Shown piece after piece: positions 25,793 through 39,398 of a DNA stretch of 64,000 bases. The position numbers were made by a program, and so were the translations under genes. The notes under the pieces are model-generated. The model did not search any database. It saw only the letters and a program-made list of their open reading frames with translations, and had not been told where the DNA came from. The DNA is taken from NCBI RefSeq assembly GCF_006345805.1, contig NC_042998.1, positions 35,154,001 to 35,218,000 on the forward strand, in the 5' to 3' direction. Within the stretch, counting starts at the first letter, position 1, and the number at the start of each line of letters is the position of its first letter. Origin of the DNA: Octopus sinensis (taxonomy: Eukaryota).

Positions 25793-27289
25793 TCTGACAT
25801 TTATTTGTAGTACCTCCTATGCAGAGGTATTATCAAATGCGGATTTTACCTTATTTGCAAGATGTAGCTTTGTCTAATTTTCGCCGAGGAAAGAAAAGAT
25901 AAGTTAACATTCGTTTTATCTTCGTCTCTATTTTATTTCATTATTATTTCATTGTTGTTTCATTATTATTTCATTTTTATTTCGTATTTATTAATTTACA
26001 ATTCTTTAATCGTTATTCGGAACCTTTATTCGTAATTTTTACTCGTATTTTTTTCTCTAAATTATTTTCCTTAAATGTTTTCTTTTTTTCCTTAAATGTT
26101 TATTCCTTAAATGTTCATTCCTTAAATTTTTACAAATACAATCTGAGAAAAGTCTTGCATAGTTTTATTGTTCCGCTTACAGATTGTATTTGTAATATGC
26201 GAAAACCCAGCTTATCCAGACTGACAGTTAGGCATTTACTATCAAAACGAAGTGCTCCAATTATTATTGGTAAAAAATGTAAATTTGTAATCCGGATTTA
26301 GACGGTGGGGGTTTCGAAGCAGTTATCCATAGTTATCTTCTTTCTATTTGATTTTAACTCCTCTTTCTAGCAGGTAGGTGCATTGTGTGCCCTTACACAC
26401 ACACATATATACATATATATATATATATAATATATATATATTATATATTATATATATAATATATATATATATATACATACATACATACATACATACATAT
26501 ATGCGATGATTTGAGAAGTGGTGGTGAGTAACAATAATAATAGTATGTTATAAGCTTAAGCTTATAAGCGATCACCGTATATTGACCAAAGAAAATAGTC
26601 TAATATATGGGTCAGATAAGCCCTCGACGGTAGAAAGTCGGTTTTCCGTACGCGTGGGGTACATGTATATATACATACATAGGTATATATGGGTGCTTAC
26701 ATAAGTATGTATTTATGCATAGATGTGTGTATATACACTGTTCATAAAACGCAATAAAAAGCTCACACCACAGGCAACAAACCCACACCTGCATACACAC
26801 ATGCGCACAAGCATGGCTTGAACATCCATATGTACCAGCTCATACAGGACGGGATCACAAAGCACAAATTAATATAAAACGTACAAACGAGCGCACAAAT
26901 ACAAAAGTTTCACACAATTGCTTGTCTATTTTCCTTGCATGAAGGAAATCTCATTCGTACTACCTCAATGGAGGTTATTCAAACTGCGCTATTTCTAGCA
27001 TAACTTGCCTCAGAACAACAAGCATTTCTGGGAGTTTTTTTTTTTTTTTTTTTTTTTGTTACACATGCCTTCTGTTCTTTCTTCAAAGCTTCTTATTTCT
27101 ATGTCACACTCTAGAGAAGAGCTTAAGTTCGGAAACGCAAAGATACTTCCAGTTTCCTAATCTTTACTTTTGAGTTCTTACTTTCGACAGAAATCTGAAC
27201 ATATGATATGATATATATATAGCCCTATCTCTCTCTAAATATGTATATATTTAAATACGTCATACACACTATATATTATAGATACATTT

Positions 27290-27327
<38 letters not shown>

Positions 27328-27350
27328 CATGCATTTATATATATATATAT

Positions 27351-27426
<76 letters not shown>

Positions 27427-27686
27427 CGTACATACATACATGTATATATGCATAATAGAGAATTATACATCTTCACACTTTGTTTATTACAATAAATAAA
27501 ATTTTGAAGCTTTATAATTCTCAATTCGTCTTTGTGATATCGTGATTGAATACTTTGTATGAAATCCAGTGAAGCGAACTCGGGATTTACCCGTCGACTG
27601 AAGTACCATAGAATTTGTTTATTCTAAACAATTTTTTGTCGTACCTATCCTTCGATGTGGTTAACCATATCTAAGTGCTAAGAATT

Positions 27687-27717
<31 letters not shown>

Positions 27718-27764
27718 CACACATACATATATATATGTGTGTGTGTGTGTGTGTATGCGCGTGA

Positions 27765-27860
27765 CACTCCGTCGGTTGCGACGACGAAGGTACCAGTTGA
27801 TCTGATCAACGGAACAGCTTCGCGTACCCTTAACGTAGTTCTCGAGGAGATTCAGTGTGA
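27765..27860 (-). mobile_element. SINE family C 3' fragment with internal deletion
   Basis: CTCCGTCGGT..CGACGAC..GG..CCAG.TGATC.GATCAACGGAACAG, as at 50545. Confidence 0.75.
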
Positions 27861-28003
27861 ATTAACAAAAGCATGAATTAACAAAAACAAGAAAAAACCC
27901 GAGAGGTATGTTTTCACATAGGTGTTATTAGTCTCACGTTTGCAAAGAGAAAAGGAAAAAAAGATCATTGGTGCGTAAATACATGTACGGACTATTATTG
28001 TCG

Positions 28004-28044
<41 letters not shown>

Positions 28045-28047
<3 letters not shown>

Positions 28048-28229
28048 AGATCGTTAGCTCCTACACGCATTTTTTTTCTCTCCTTGCTTTTTTCTGTGTA
28101 TCTTTCTGTCGACGAGCGTAGGCTCGAAACGTAAAAGACTTTTTCTATTCCTGAGCGCTATACTAATACATTTGTTTGTTTGTACTCCACCTGCCTTCGT
28201 CTTTTGTTTATTTTCGTAAACTTTCCCTT

Positions 28230-28235
<6 letters not shown>
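28045..28235 (+). mobile_element. Short repeat family E carrying a hammerhead-like fold
   Basis: Second copy in reverse at 57690-57840. Both are flanked by (TA)n and contain GAGCGTAGGCTCGAAACGTAAAAGAC. Confidence 0.75.
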
Positions 28236-28266
<31 letters not shown>

Positions 28267-28789
28267 ATGTGTGTGTGCGTGTGTGTGTGTGTGTGTGTAT
28301 AGGGAGAGAAAACTTGAAGGAAGCGGCCTTTAAACGAAAATAATAACAAAAAACGAAATTTTACTGCCATAAAAAGCACAGTTTCTCCCATGCACGATGT
28401 TTCAGCAAAAAATGTGCGAAAGACACGTGCAAAACCGACATCGGAAAGTTTACAAAAGGGTGAGTGCGTGAATTGATTAATTACGCATCTACTCGAATGT
28501 CCATACAATCATGTATACACATTAATACCCATATGACTTAACAAACACCCCAATGTTTACACGAGTATGTGAAATTTACAGGAAGCACGTACACGAATAT
28601 GAAAGCACGTGTCACAAACGAAGCAAAATAATAATAAAACGATTTTCTTCGAGCTAACACAGAAGTTAGTTTCTTCATAAGTTTAAAAATACCAGAAAAG
28701 AAACTAGGTCAGGAGAGGAATCTGTAAACAAAATATGCAGAAGAATACAGATCTGTTAGCTTTAAGAAGCTAGAAAAAGAAAAAGAATG

Positions 28790-29872
28790 AAAAATGGTCA
28801 AGAGGAGATAATAAAGAAGTTCTTATGATCTTCTATCGTGCCATGTGTTTCCCCACAAATCAATCTAATACTGAAAAAACCTACCTCAACTTGAGGGAAA
28901 AGCACCCTGAAGTAAGATCCTGCATAAAAAGCAACAAACTTGCCAACGTCAGAAGAAACATTATGAAAAAGAAATTACAAATTGAATTAGAGATTGACCA
29001 AATTAAATAATCAGTAAGGGACAAAAGGAACGAAGTTGCAGCTAAAGAAGATACGATAGAGGAAATAATTACAGACCAACCCAGGTCTGATGAAAATGCA
29101 ATAATGATAGAAAGAGTAAATGTAACTGATAAGCAAAGTGAAATACTCTCTGAAGCAGCCATAAACATCAAGGAAGATAAAAATCAGATAGATGAAGAAA
29201 GTCACTTAGAAATTGACCCAACAGAACTACAGGGTCTAAAAAAGCAAATCCTGATTGAATGGCTGAACATTAAATAAAACCAAAATGAGTGAACGCGACA
29301 CTCTCCCAAAAATTCGCAATTCTAATCAAAACCTGAAAGTGATTGACAAAATCCGCCTTGCACTTAAGGATGTAATTTCAGCTAATGATGCTGATGTTAC
29401 AGATCTCAATCGCCGCAACAATGCATCCGCGAAGATCTCAACGATTCTATGTGATGAAAAGATTAGAAAACGACAACATTCCCACAACAGCCTATTTGGC
29501 AAGAGCGTATCCAACACGAAATTCAGTTACTTAGGTCTGTTTGAAAGACCTTAAGTTTCAGAAGAATATCAAATCAACAAAAATCTGAAAATTAAATAAA
29601 AAGTATTATATGAAAACTATACATCGATACCACCAAAGGAACTATCAAGGGAAAGGTATCCGCTAAAGCTGCTTGCATAGCAAGGTATGAAAAACGCGTT
29701 AGGTTCTTCAAGGACAACATGTTAAAAAATAATCCAAAAATATTTTACTGGAAGATAGGGAAAATATCAGTTACAGTAAAGCATGGCCCATCAAAAGAAG
29801 AAATACAGGAATTTTAGAATAAAATTTGGGCAGTAAAACAAACGTACAATAAACTGACAGAATATCTACAGA
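28790..29872 (+). pseudogene. Degenerate R4/Dong-like (RLE) non-LTR element, N-terminal region
   Basis: KWSRGDNKEVLMIFYRA...KLANVRRNIMKK and AKAACIARYEKRVRFFKDN..KNNPKIFY...PSKEEIQEF*NKIW match pre-RT motifs of this clade. Confidence 0.7.
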
Positions 29873-30085
29873 CTTACTTACTCTTACTCTTACTCTTACT
29901 TGTTTCAGTCATTTGACTGCGGCCATGCTGGAACACCGCCTTTAGTCGGGCAAATCGACCCCGGGACTTATTCTTTGTAAGCCCAGTACTTATTCTATCG
30001 GTCTTTTTTGCCGAACCGCTTTTGGACGGGGACGTAAACACACCAGCATCAGTTGTCAAGCAATGCTAGGGGGACAAACACAGAC

Positions 30086-30128
<43 letters not shown>

Positions 30129-30291
30129 CGACAGGCTTATTTCAGTTTCCGTCTACCAAATCCACTCACAAGGCATTGGTCGGCCCGGGGCTATAGCAGA
30201 AGACACTTGCCCAAGATGCCACGCAGTGGGACTGAACCCGGAACCATGTGGTTGGTTAGCAAGCTACTTACCACACAGCCACTCCTGCGCC

Positions 30292-30292
<1 letters not shown>
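29873..30292 (-). mobile_element. Full-length SINE family A (tRNA head, microsatellite middle, LINE-like tail)
   Basis: Head GGCGCAGGAGTGGCTGTGTGGTAAG...GGGTTCAGTCCC; tail GCATGGCCGCAGTCAAATGACTGAAAC + (GAGTAA)n. Confidence 0.9.
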
Positions 30293-30345
<53 letters not shown>

Positions 30346-30357
30346 TAATAATAATAA

Positions 30358-31070
30358 TATGCAGTACCAGGCAGTGGCTCTCATGGTTCTGATCTTAACT
30401 GATTGGAAGTGTTATCCTGTACATTGTTTTGTCTTGGTATAAAAGATGGACTTACAACAAATATTCTGCGCAATACCACAGATTTGCTTGTCAGTTGTTT
30501 GACTTTAACCAGTTGAGCATGTCCTTTGTTGGCTGATGATATGTGCATCTCTGATCACGAGCAGAAGTTGTGGAGGAGCCTCATAGCCATGTGTTGAGAG
30601 GGATTCTTTGGGGTTTGAATAATTCACCTCTGGAAACATGGGTGGTTCGTTCAACATCTTTAAACAATCCTTATTCGGGGACCTTTTGAGCAGGATGGGC
30701 TACTCGACCAGAAGAAAATTCTACCTGGGCCCCACCTGCAAGGTCATGTGCTGTTTATCTTGATATGAGATCACCATCTCACACACATATGGTTGTGATG
30801 TATGTGCCTGGTGCACCCTTATCAGACGGATAGTCATGATGGGTATACTGGGCTTCGTTTATTTTACCCCAGTGTCACTTTGCTTGACCGTAACCAGTTC
30901 AGCATGTCCCTTCGTGGCCGACGATATGTGCATCTCTGATCACAAGCAGAAGAATTGGGGAACGTGATTGACATGTGTTGAGAGGAATTCTTTGGGGGTT
31001 GAATAATTCACCTCTGGAAACATCGGTGTTTGATTCCTCATCCTTAAACAACTCTTGTAACCATTTGCAC
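30358..31070. repeat. Interspersed element abutting (AAT)n, with an internal duplication of about 170 bp
   Basis: About 30508-30670 and 30890-31050 are diverged direct copies. Confidence 0.65.
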
Positions 31071-32559
31071 TCTTCCTGAAATGTATTCTTTTGATAGGAG
31101 TGTTGGTCTGGATGCTTGCAATTGGAGGGAAATCCGCTAAAGAAATTCAGGGATCACCTGATAGTATTAAACCTGTTTCCTATCCAGAAATAGCTTCCGT
31201 TCATATTTGACAAGCTTCTGTCACTCCGATTTCTCTCGGATAGAAGACACTCTCTTAATGATTCCTGCAGTGAAGGAACCCAGCTGTAAGTAGATGGGAA
31301 CCTGGCTTATAAACGGTATTGTCATATCTGAGATCGGCTCTAACCTCTCTGTCACTTTATTTCGTTATAGCAAATGAAAATATTCTTGGGAAATTTATAT
31401 GAAATTCACGTAATCCAATTTCTCTTCGTTTATATATTTTTTCCTCTAGCACCTTTCACTACGACGAAACACTTTATTCCTATTAGCTTTATGCATCTAG
31501 TTGTAAACATGTCTAACGAAAGTGCAGCATCCTGACGTAATCGCTGGTATATTGCTGTGTATATTTTATCATCACCAAAACAAAATGAAGAAGATATGAA
31601 TGAGTGAGCATAAAGGCTTTTAACATTGAAACAAACTGGAAGATATACATGAAGTAAGGATAGTGTAGTTATTTATTGGTGGTATTTAGTTTGTGTGTTT
31701 CTGTTTCCAAGCAATCGTATTTTAAGCCAACCTTTGAGGTACCCCAAGAGAATTTCAACAAGCTGTTTCGACATCAAATAGATATTTATACTAGTGAAAA
31801 CAGCCAAAATACAAGGGGTTTGGACGAAACGGTGGACGTGGTATATTATTGTTACTTTCCCATTTATTTGCCATTAAGTCAGAGAAAGTAGGGCTGTATC
31901 CAGGAACTTTATTTTTCAGAGTTTCCAAGACTGGATGGAGGAATAGAGGAAGCATTCCTCAAATTAGAAGCCTGGCCCGTTCTCGCAGCAGAATAAACTT
32001 CGCTGAAGACACCCAAGGATTATTAAGTACGAGTGTTAAACCAGGTGAAGGATTAAGTCTACACCCAAGAAATTTGAATGCAGACATCAGCAAGAAATAC
32101 GGTTTCGTTCGACTTTCTTACGATACCACACATCGACCACCTTTGATCTCGAAAGAATGTAGGACAAAATTCACATTGATATGATTCCAACCTAAAGCCC
32201 AGAGAACCAGAACAAAGACTGCTAAGAATTTTATCGGACGCTCTAATAATTTTGCGAATTTAACGGCCAAGATTCGAAATTATCGCCACCTGCCGGTTGG
32301 AGACTGTGTTTTCGATACATGTGTAAGTAGGGAAAGGTGACCGTGTTGATATACGTAGAGACAACATTACCGTTGTGGAGTAAAACACTCCTGAAATCGA
32401 TGGGATCGGCACCAACCTGAAGAAGTCAATAGTCTAATATACACCTTATGAATATATACGTGTGTGTGTGTGTACGCATATATATATATTTTATTTATTT
32501 ATTTTTATTTCATCTAGTTTCAGCTCACAAGCTGTGGCATGATGGGGGCCAGCCCTTAT

Positions 32560-32717
32560 ATATCTTATATATATATATATATATATGCATATATATATAT
32601 ATATATAATATATATAGCATGTATATATTATTATATATATATGCATGTATATATATATATAATATATGCATGTATATATATATATATATATATATATGCA
32701 TATTATATATATAATGC

Positions 32718-32752
<35 letters not shown>

Positions 32753-32955
32753 CTATATATGCATGATATATATATATATATAGCATGTATATATATATAT
32801 ATATATATTATATTATATATATATGCAGTTATATATATATATATATATATATGCATGTATATATATATATATATATATGCATGTATATATATATATAGTA
32901 TATATATATGCATATATATATATATATATATATATGCATGTATATATATATATGC

Positions 32956-33004
<49 letters not shown>

Positions 33005-33137
33005 GCATATTATTATATTATATATATATATATATGCTATATATATATATATATATATGCATGTATATATATATATATGCATGTATATATATATATATAT
33101 GGTATATATATATATATGCAGTATATATAATATATGC

Positions 33138-33175
<38 letters not shown>

Positions 33176-33200
33176 TATATATATATGTATGATGTAGTAT
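32560..33200. repeat. Compound (TA)n/TGCATG microsatellite array
   Basis: (TA)n runs punctuated repeatedly by GCATG or GCAT. Confidence 0.95.
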
Positions 33201-33529
33201 GTATGTATGTATGTATGTATTTATATAAGCAGTTTGATGATGCCTTAAGCTGGCCGAAACTTCGAAGAAAATTGAATTTGATTGACTAATATAATTCATG
33301 TATACATAGATTTACAAACCCTAAACCAAATATATTTATACGCACACACACACACACACATATTTACGTGCGTGTGTGTGTTTTATATGTACCACCATCG
33401 GGACACGGCGTGCATAGAATATTTTCTAAACTGACTTTTATTAAATCTTTTCGTGCTTTTACAAAATAATGAAATAAGTAATAATTGTCAAAAGAAAGAT
33501 ATTTATTACCTTAAAAAAATATAGAGACA

Positions 33530-33640
33530 GAGAGAGAAAGAAGAAGAAGAAGAAGAAGAAGAAGAAGAAGAAGAAGAAGAAGAAGAGAAGAAGAAGAAGA
33601 AGAAGAGAAGAAGAAAAAGAAGAAAAAGAAGAAGAAGAAT
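33530..33640. repeat. (AAG)n microsatellite
   Basis: Directly visible. Confidence 0.95.
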
Positions 33641-33699
33641 GCAGTCTTTTTATTCTTTTATTTTTCAAAATTAAGATAAACAAAGTTCTTTTTTAATCT

Positions 33700-34537
33700 A
33701 AAATATACTCTCCTTTATTTTCTACAATGCTCTTCCATCTATCTGTTAGACTTGCAAGGCCCCTCTTCCAAAATTCACTTGTCCGTGACGAAAAGTACTG
33801 TTCTGACCTTGTCTACAGAATTCATATTTTTTTCCGTCCAAATGATTTTGAAGAATGCAGAATAAATGATAATGAGATGAGGAAGTGTCCGGCGAATATG
33901 GTGGGTGGGTGGGGCATCGTTTCCCATTCAAACTGCTCCAGCCTTTGGAATGTCATCCTTACTGTATGTGGCTGCACCATTAGACCCGGAAAGTTTGTGA
34001 GGAACCCATTGACCCAATTTGCTGACTTTTCTGAGGGCATGCAGGCGTCGATGAATCGTTGAATGATCAAATCCAAGATTCTCTGCTAGTTCCTCAACAG
34101 TTACAATGGAATTTTGTTCCACCAGGATTTGCAGGACGTCCTCGTCGAGCTCTACAGATCTTTCAGGGTGTGGGTCATCTTCTAGGCTGTAGTTTCCGGC
34201 TCAGAATTTCTGGAACCACCGTTGACACTGGCTTACGCTTACAGTCCAATCCCCATTTACTGCATTAATATCCCTCGCACTTTCTGTTGCTTTGTTGCCT
34301 TTATTGAACTCATAAAGCAAAATATGCCGAATACACTCCTTTGTCACATCCATTACAGCTTTGGAAAAATAACTGCTAAAATCGAACTGTACTCTTCAAA
34401 ACTTGCACTAAAAATAAGAACAAGGTAAAATTACTCCCAGCTTTATAGCAAGTTGATGCAGGTAGTTTATCCTGGCCTCCTCCAACATTTTGTTCATGGA
34501 ATTGAAAAAGCCGCATTATTTATGGGGTGACCCAATA
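33700..34537 (-). mobile_element. Internally deleted mariner element
   Basis: VTVEELAENLGFDHSTIHRRLHAL.KVSKLGQWVPHKLS (HTH + WVPHEL motif) joined almost directly to HPPYSPD...NHLDGKKY. One TIR, TTGGGTCACCCCATAA, with TA at about 34537. Confidence 0.85.
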
Positions 34538-37500
34538 ATTAAAAATGCTTTGATATTAGAAGGAAATATGTAATCTACGGGATTAGATTAGGGACCCTCA
34601 CACGTCTGATCATTAATTCCACCCTATATTTCTTTCAGGAACTGAACATCATTGGTCCGGAAGTTAGTCGTAAATAATAGTTTTGCAATGTATAAGAAGT
34701 CCCCTCCCACCGAAGTCTCGGGTACAGGTGGATTCCGGCTGCGGTTTTCCAAGCCATTTTTTTCTTTGGGTGTTGCTTATATCTGAGAACTTTATATCCT
34801 GAAGGCATTCTTCAGTGGCACTTTAGATTTCGTATGTGTTGCAGCATCACTCATTACTTGGTTGTATACGTTAGAGAATACTGTAATGTACGAAATAAAA
34901 TTTGTGGAAATTGAATAACAGCAGATACGGAAGATAATGGTTCGTCAGATTATCAAATTAGCCAGTTTCATACCAAGCTCATATTTGTCGTTTCTTAAAC
35001 GCCCGAAGTCAAAGCAGGAAATGGGAGATGTCAAGGTTTCAGACATCAGCTAATGACGTCATTGTAATTTACGATACACAAGGTGACAAAAATACAAACC
35101 AACCGACGAGAAAATGTTATAAAATATTCGATCAACATAAATTTTGGTGGATGAGATATATTCATCAAATCAAAAAGAATTTCAGTTAGCAACGGTACAT
35201 GTAGAACTACTTTGTTAAAAGTCAATCCATTTTGTCCTTATACACCAACCACATCGAAGATGTTCAACTACTTTTATTATATCACAGATTATGGTAGTTT
35301 TCTGATAAATCTATTCGTTCGGTTATTGTGATCAAACTCCCTCAAGACGATCTTCAGCTCCTCTTGCAATTTTTAATCTATATGCATTTGTATGGGATAC
35401 ACAATTCAGCAACTAAAACGACCGCCCTCGTGGCCATCTTGTCCGTTGCTACAATCCTGTTATGCTAACCTGAAGCAGAATAATAACTAAGGATTAGAAA
35501 ATGGTGATTGGAACTCATATAAGATCCCCTCTTCCAGCACAAAATCTCTTTGCTAGATTTCACTTTAGTTGTCAAAACTTGAAATGCAAAGTCTTTCCGG
35601 AGTTTTTCAAAAGTTGACTCCACTCTATTCGTTCGTCATCCGTAGAAGGACTTAATGTTCCAAACTCCAGACTTTTATTTACTGACGCCTACCACCGGCC
35701 AATAAAGCTATGTAACACTTATGAGTAACGACAAGAGAAAAGCATATATAATTGTTGATACAGTAGACAGAATTTGGATACCCTAATGCATTGTACGTTA
35801 TTTTTGTCTCAACATTTTTTGAACTGCGACAATGTGATTGATGACTGACGTCACAACAAAGAGAGAATATGTATAAGGACAAAAACGAGGATTGAAATAT
35901 GCATTCCAGTAACAAACGAAAATAAATGCATCCCGCAGATCTCACGTAAACAACAAACATAATAGCAGCACAAATCACAACGTTAAAAGCAGGACCAACC
36001 AAATGAAAAACTGGGAGAAATAATACAGAAAATAACACTTATCTAAACGCAATCACCATTAAATAACTCTAGAACCCCGCTTCAAGTTACGAATAAATGC
36101 GTATCTCGGAATAATAGTAACTAAATGCAGTTACATTCAACGAGAAATATGTTCAACAATAAAATGAATATGATTTATTCAGAAACTATTTCCTATTGAG
36201 CCAAACGGTTTTCAACCCTAACATAATAATAAGTTATCATTTCCCAGCCCCCCTCACTTCTCTATCATCTGTGAAAAGACAGCAACAGAATACTAACAAC
36301 CCAATGGATATGTCCAAAAAAGAAAAAAGGATAGAATACAACAAACGATTAACAGGAAAAGCTATCCTAAAATCAGTGAAATAGAAATGCGAGAGTGTGA
36401 TATGGAAATGAAAACGCCAAGAAAATAATAGGGAAAACGTTATATAGAGAAATCCAGGAAATTATGCTAGGAAAGATATTTTGGATAATAAGAAGCTTGG
36501 AAAGCCTTAACTTTTATTTCACAGAATCCGATGTTTGCAAAAAATACGAAAAATAAGAAAAAAAAAACACTCAAGGAGACATCAATGAAAGTACTCAGTA
36601 CCGAAGCTGTTTATGTGGAAGATAAAATATTATTATCTTGTCGGAGGACTTGAAAACGTGCCTGAAAGTGATACATGCACGCAGAAAATCAGTAAACATA
36701 TAGTGTTTGGTATGTATTAACCACATTAAATACAGCAAACGAAGCACTTATAGAAGATAGAAGGAAAAGCGTATGACATGGATAAATTACTGGAAAGTTT
36801 TCGATTATGGTACTCTTCAGAATATACGACGCTACAGAATACATAGACAAAATCTTCACCCAATGAAGGCAGTGTGTATCAACCATTGTACTATTTCCCG
36901 GTTTAACATCAACTTCGAGACTTCGAGTATGTTTAGCGAAGCACATTCTGTGATAAATATTTGGTTTCCGTTCTGAAGATAACTTGTATTCCTTCATGTA
37001 GCCACAGAGGCTCCGAAAACGATCTTATGACAAAAAAACTTTAAAAGATATCAAGAACTTAAAACAAAGAGAAGATAATAGAAAAATCACTCTTTTCTTT
37101 ATAGGATCATTTTTTTCTTCTCTCTACCATTAATAACGATAAACACTTTTGTATAAACAATCAACTAAATTTTAAATGAGGAATTACAATTACGTTGATG
37201 ACAACTACAACATCAAGTCCAAATATATGAAAGAGTAGGCACATGAAGAAAATCCATTCTGATATCATGTTTGTCTGAAGGTGTGTGTCTGAGGGTGCGT
37301 ATAAGACTTACCCAGCAGAGAATTTCACAAGATTAATCAAGATATATCACTCATTAAGGATGAATGACCTTCCCAGGTAACTAATTGAAATATATTATAT
37401 AAAGCAGAGTCATGTTCATTAAAGTTCAAAGTTATTTAAATATTAAAATGGGGAGATTAACAAAGATCCAAAAGCGTTTAGAAGTAAATCAATCCGGTAC

Positions 37501-37590
37501 TATGTAAATACACAAAAGCGATGCAGCAAAATGAGACTAGACAAATGTGCCGAATCTAGGACTAGTCTAATATAATATTAACTAAAATTA

Positions 37591-37990
37591 AGGCGGCGAG
37601 CTGGCAGAAACGTTAGCACGCCGGGCGAAATGCTTAGCAGTATTTCGTCTGCCGTTACGTTCTGAGTTCAAATTCCGCCGTGGTCGACTTTGCCTTTCAT
37701 CCTTTCGGGATCGATAAATTAAGTATCAGTTACGCACTGGGGTCGATATTATCGACTTAATCCGTCTATCTGTCCTTGTTTGTCTCCTCTACGTTTAGCC
37801 CCTTTGTGGGTAGTAAAGAAATAGGTATTTTGTCCGTCTTTACGTTCTGAGTTCAAATTCCACCGAGGTCGACTTTGCCTTTCACCCTTTCGAGGTTGAT
37901 GAATTAAGTACCAGTTGAGCACTGGTGCGGATGTAATCGACTTTCCCGTTCCATGAAGCTACTGGTTTCGTATCAAAGTCTGGAACCAAT
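37591..37990 (+). mobile_element. SINE family B dimer
   Basis: Intact head GGCGGCGAGCTGGCAGAAACGTTAGCACGCCGGGCG, with two cores each beginning TATTT.GTC...CGTTCTGAGTTCAAATTCC. Confidence 0.9.
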
Positions 37991-38045
37991 AACAACTGAA
38001 ACGGAAAATGTTAAATTAGATCTAGGCACCGATATACACGAAGAA

Positions 38046-38096
<51 letters not shown>

Positions 38097-38930
38097 ATTG
38101 AAAGCCTTAATGCAGTTGAACTAAGAATATAAATATATTCTTACTATGCTCTTGATTTGCGGGGAGGGGTTGGAATGGGGTGGGATGCTGTTTTACACTT
38201 TATTAAACGCTCTTTAGAGAAGAAAGACTTATCCTTATTCAGTGACAAAGGCCAGATTTTATATAAAGGAGTCAGTTTCTTCTGTTCTTTCTTCGAAAAA
38301 CCTAGTATTTCTAGGTTTTTGTGTAAATTTGTTGGTACATGACCTGATGCACTTCTACTCATTGGTACAAACGAGAATTTGCAGTCAAAGTACAAAAGTT
38401 GAATGTTCTGCGTTAATTCCCCCTAAGTGTTCTTTTCTCCCTAGACTTTTGATCGTACATTCACATCAGTTGGGCATCTGACCTCTACAACAGTGCATGA
38501 GCTATGTATTGTTGTCATTGTTCAGTTTTATTTTAAGATTTCCTGCCAATGGAGAAAGAGCCGAGATTCTAGGCTCCTTCGTTAGAATTTCAACATCAAC
38601 AGCAGGGTATTTTTATATGTATGTATGTATGGTATGTATGTATGTATGTATGTATGTATGTATGTACGTACGTATGTATGTGCAGATTTGTATGTTTGAT
38701 GTATGTATTCTCATGCATATAGTTGCATGTCTAAACATGCTCCTATATATTTAAAAGATAAACTTCTGGAAAGTTTTATAGATTTTCAAAGTTCTAGTGA
38801 TGGCTTGGATCTGTAGTCTTCGAATTAGCTTTCTCCTTTCTGGTTTTGAGAAGCCTAAATTCTCAAGATTGGTATTTAAGCAGTGTTAATATGTATATAT
38901 GTATTTACTCACACACAAACATATGCATAT

Positions 38931-38962
<32 letters not shown>

Positions 38963-38963
38963 C

Positions 38964-38996
<33 letters not shown>

Positions 38997-39015
38997 TACA
39001 TACACACACACACAC

Positions 39016-39043
<28 letters not shown>

Positions 39044-39047
<4 letters not shown>

Positions 39048-39301
39048 ACCAAGAAAAAAGCAACAATAATAATGGATCGGTAGTTTAGTACAATCGTTTA
39101 ATGTTATTTAAAGCTGCAAATTTACAGCTTTAAATAAAATGTTTATAGTATGAAATAATTGTACTAAACTACCGATCCATTATTGTTGCTTTTTTCTTGG
39201 TTATAATCACTCCATATAATTTTATGGTTAATACCATAAAAAAATTCTGGTACACCTGAGTTAAGTACCATATTCATTTGAATTCATTTGAATCTTAATT
39301 G

Positions 39302-39305
<4 letters not shown>
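39044..39305 (+). mobile_element. Fold-back miniature Penelope-like terminus
   Basis: Inverted arms 39044-39094 / 39158-39205. Sequence is homologous to the terminal repeat of the 51-57 kb element. (TA)n lies on both sides. Confidence 0.8.
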
Positions 39306-39358
<53 letters not shown>

Positions 39359-39361
39359 ATG

Positions 39362-39398
<37 letters not shown>

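Noticed and set aside
26060-26130. Four TTCCTTAAATGTT repeats as a CRISPR-like array
   Set aside because: Short irregular minisatellite with no spacers or cas genes, in a eukaryotic context.
35679-36997. Two hydrophobic minus ORFs (119 and 102 aa) resembling membrane proteins
   Set aside because: T-rich strand bias explains the composition, and there is no recognisable motif or clear splice structure.
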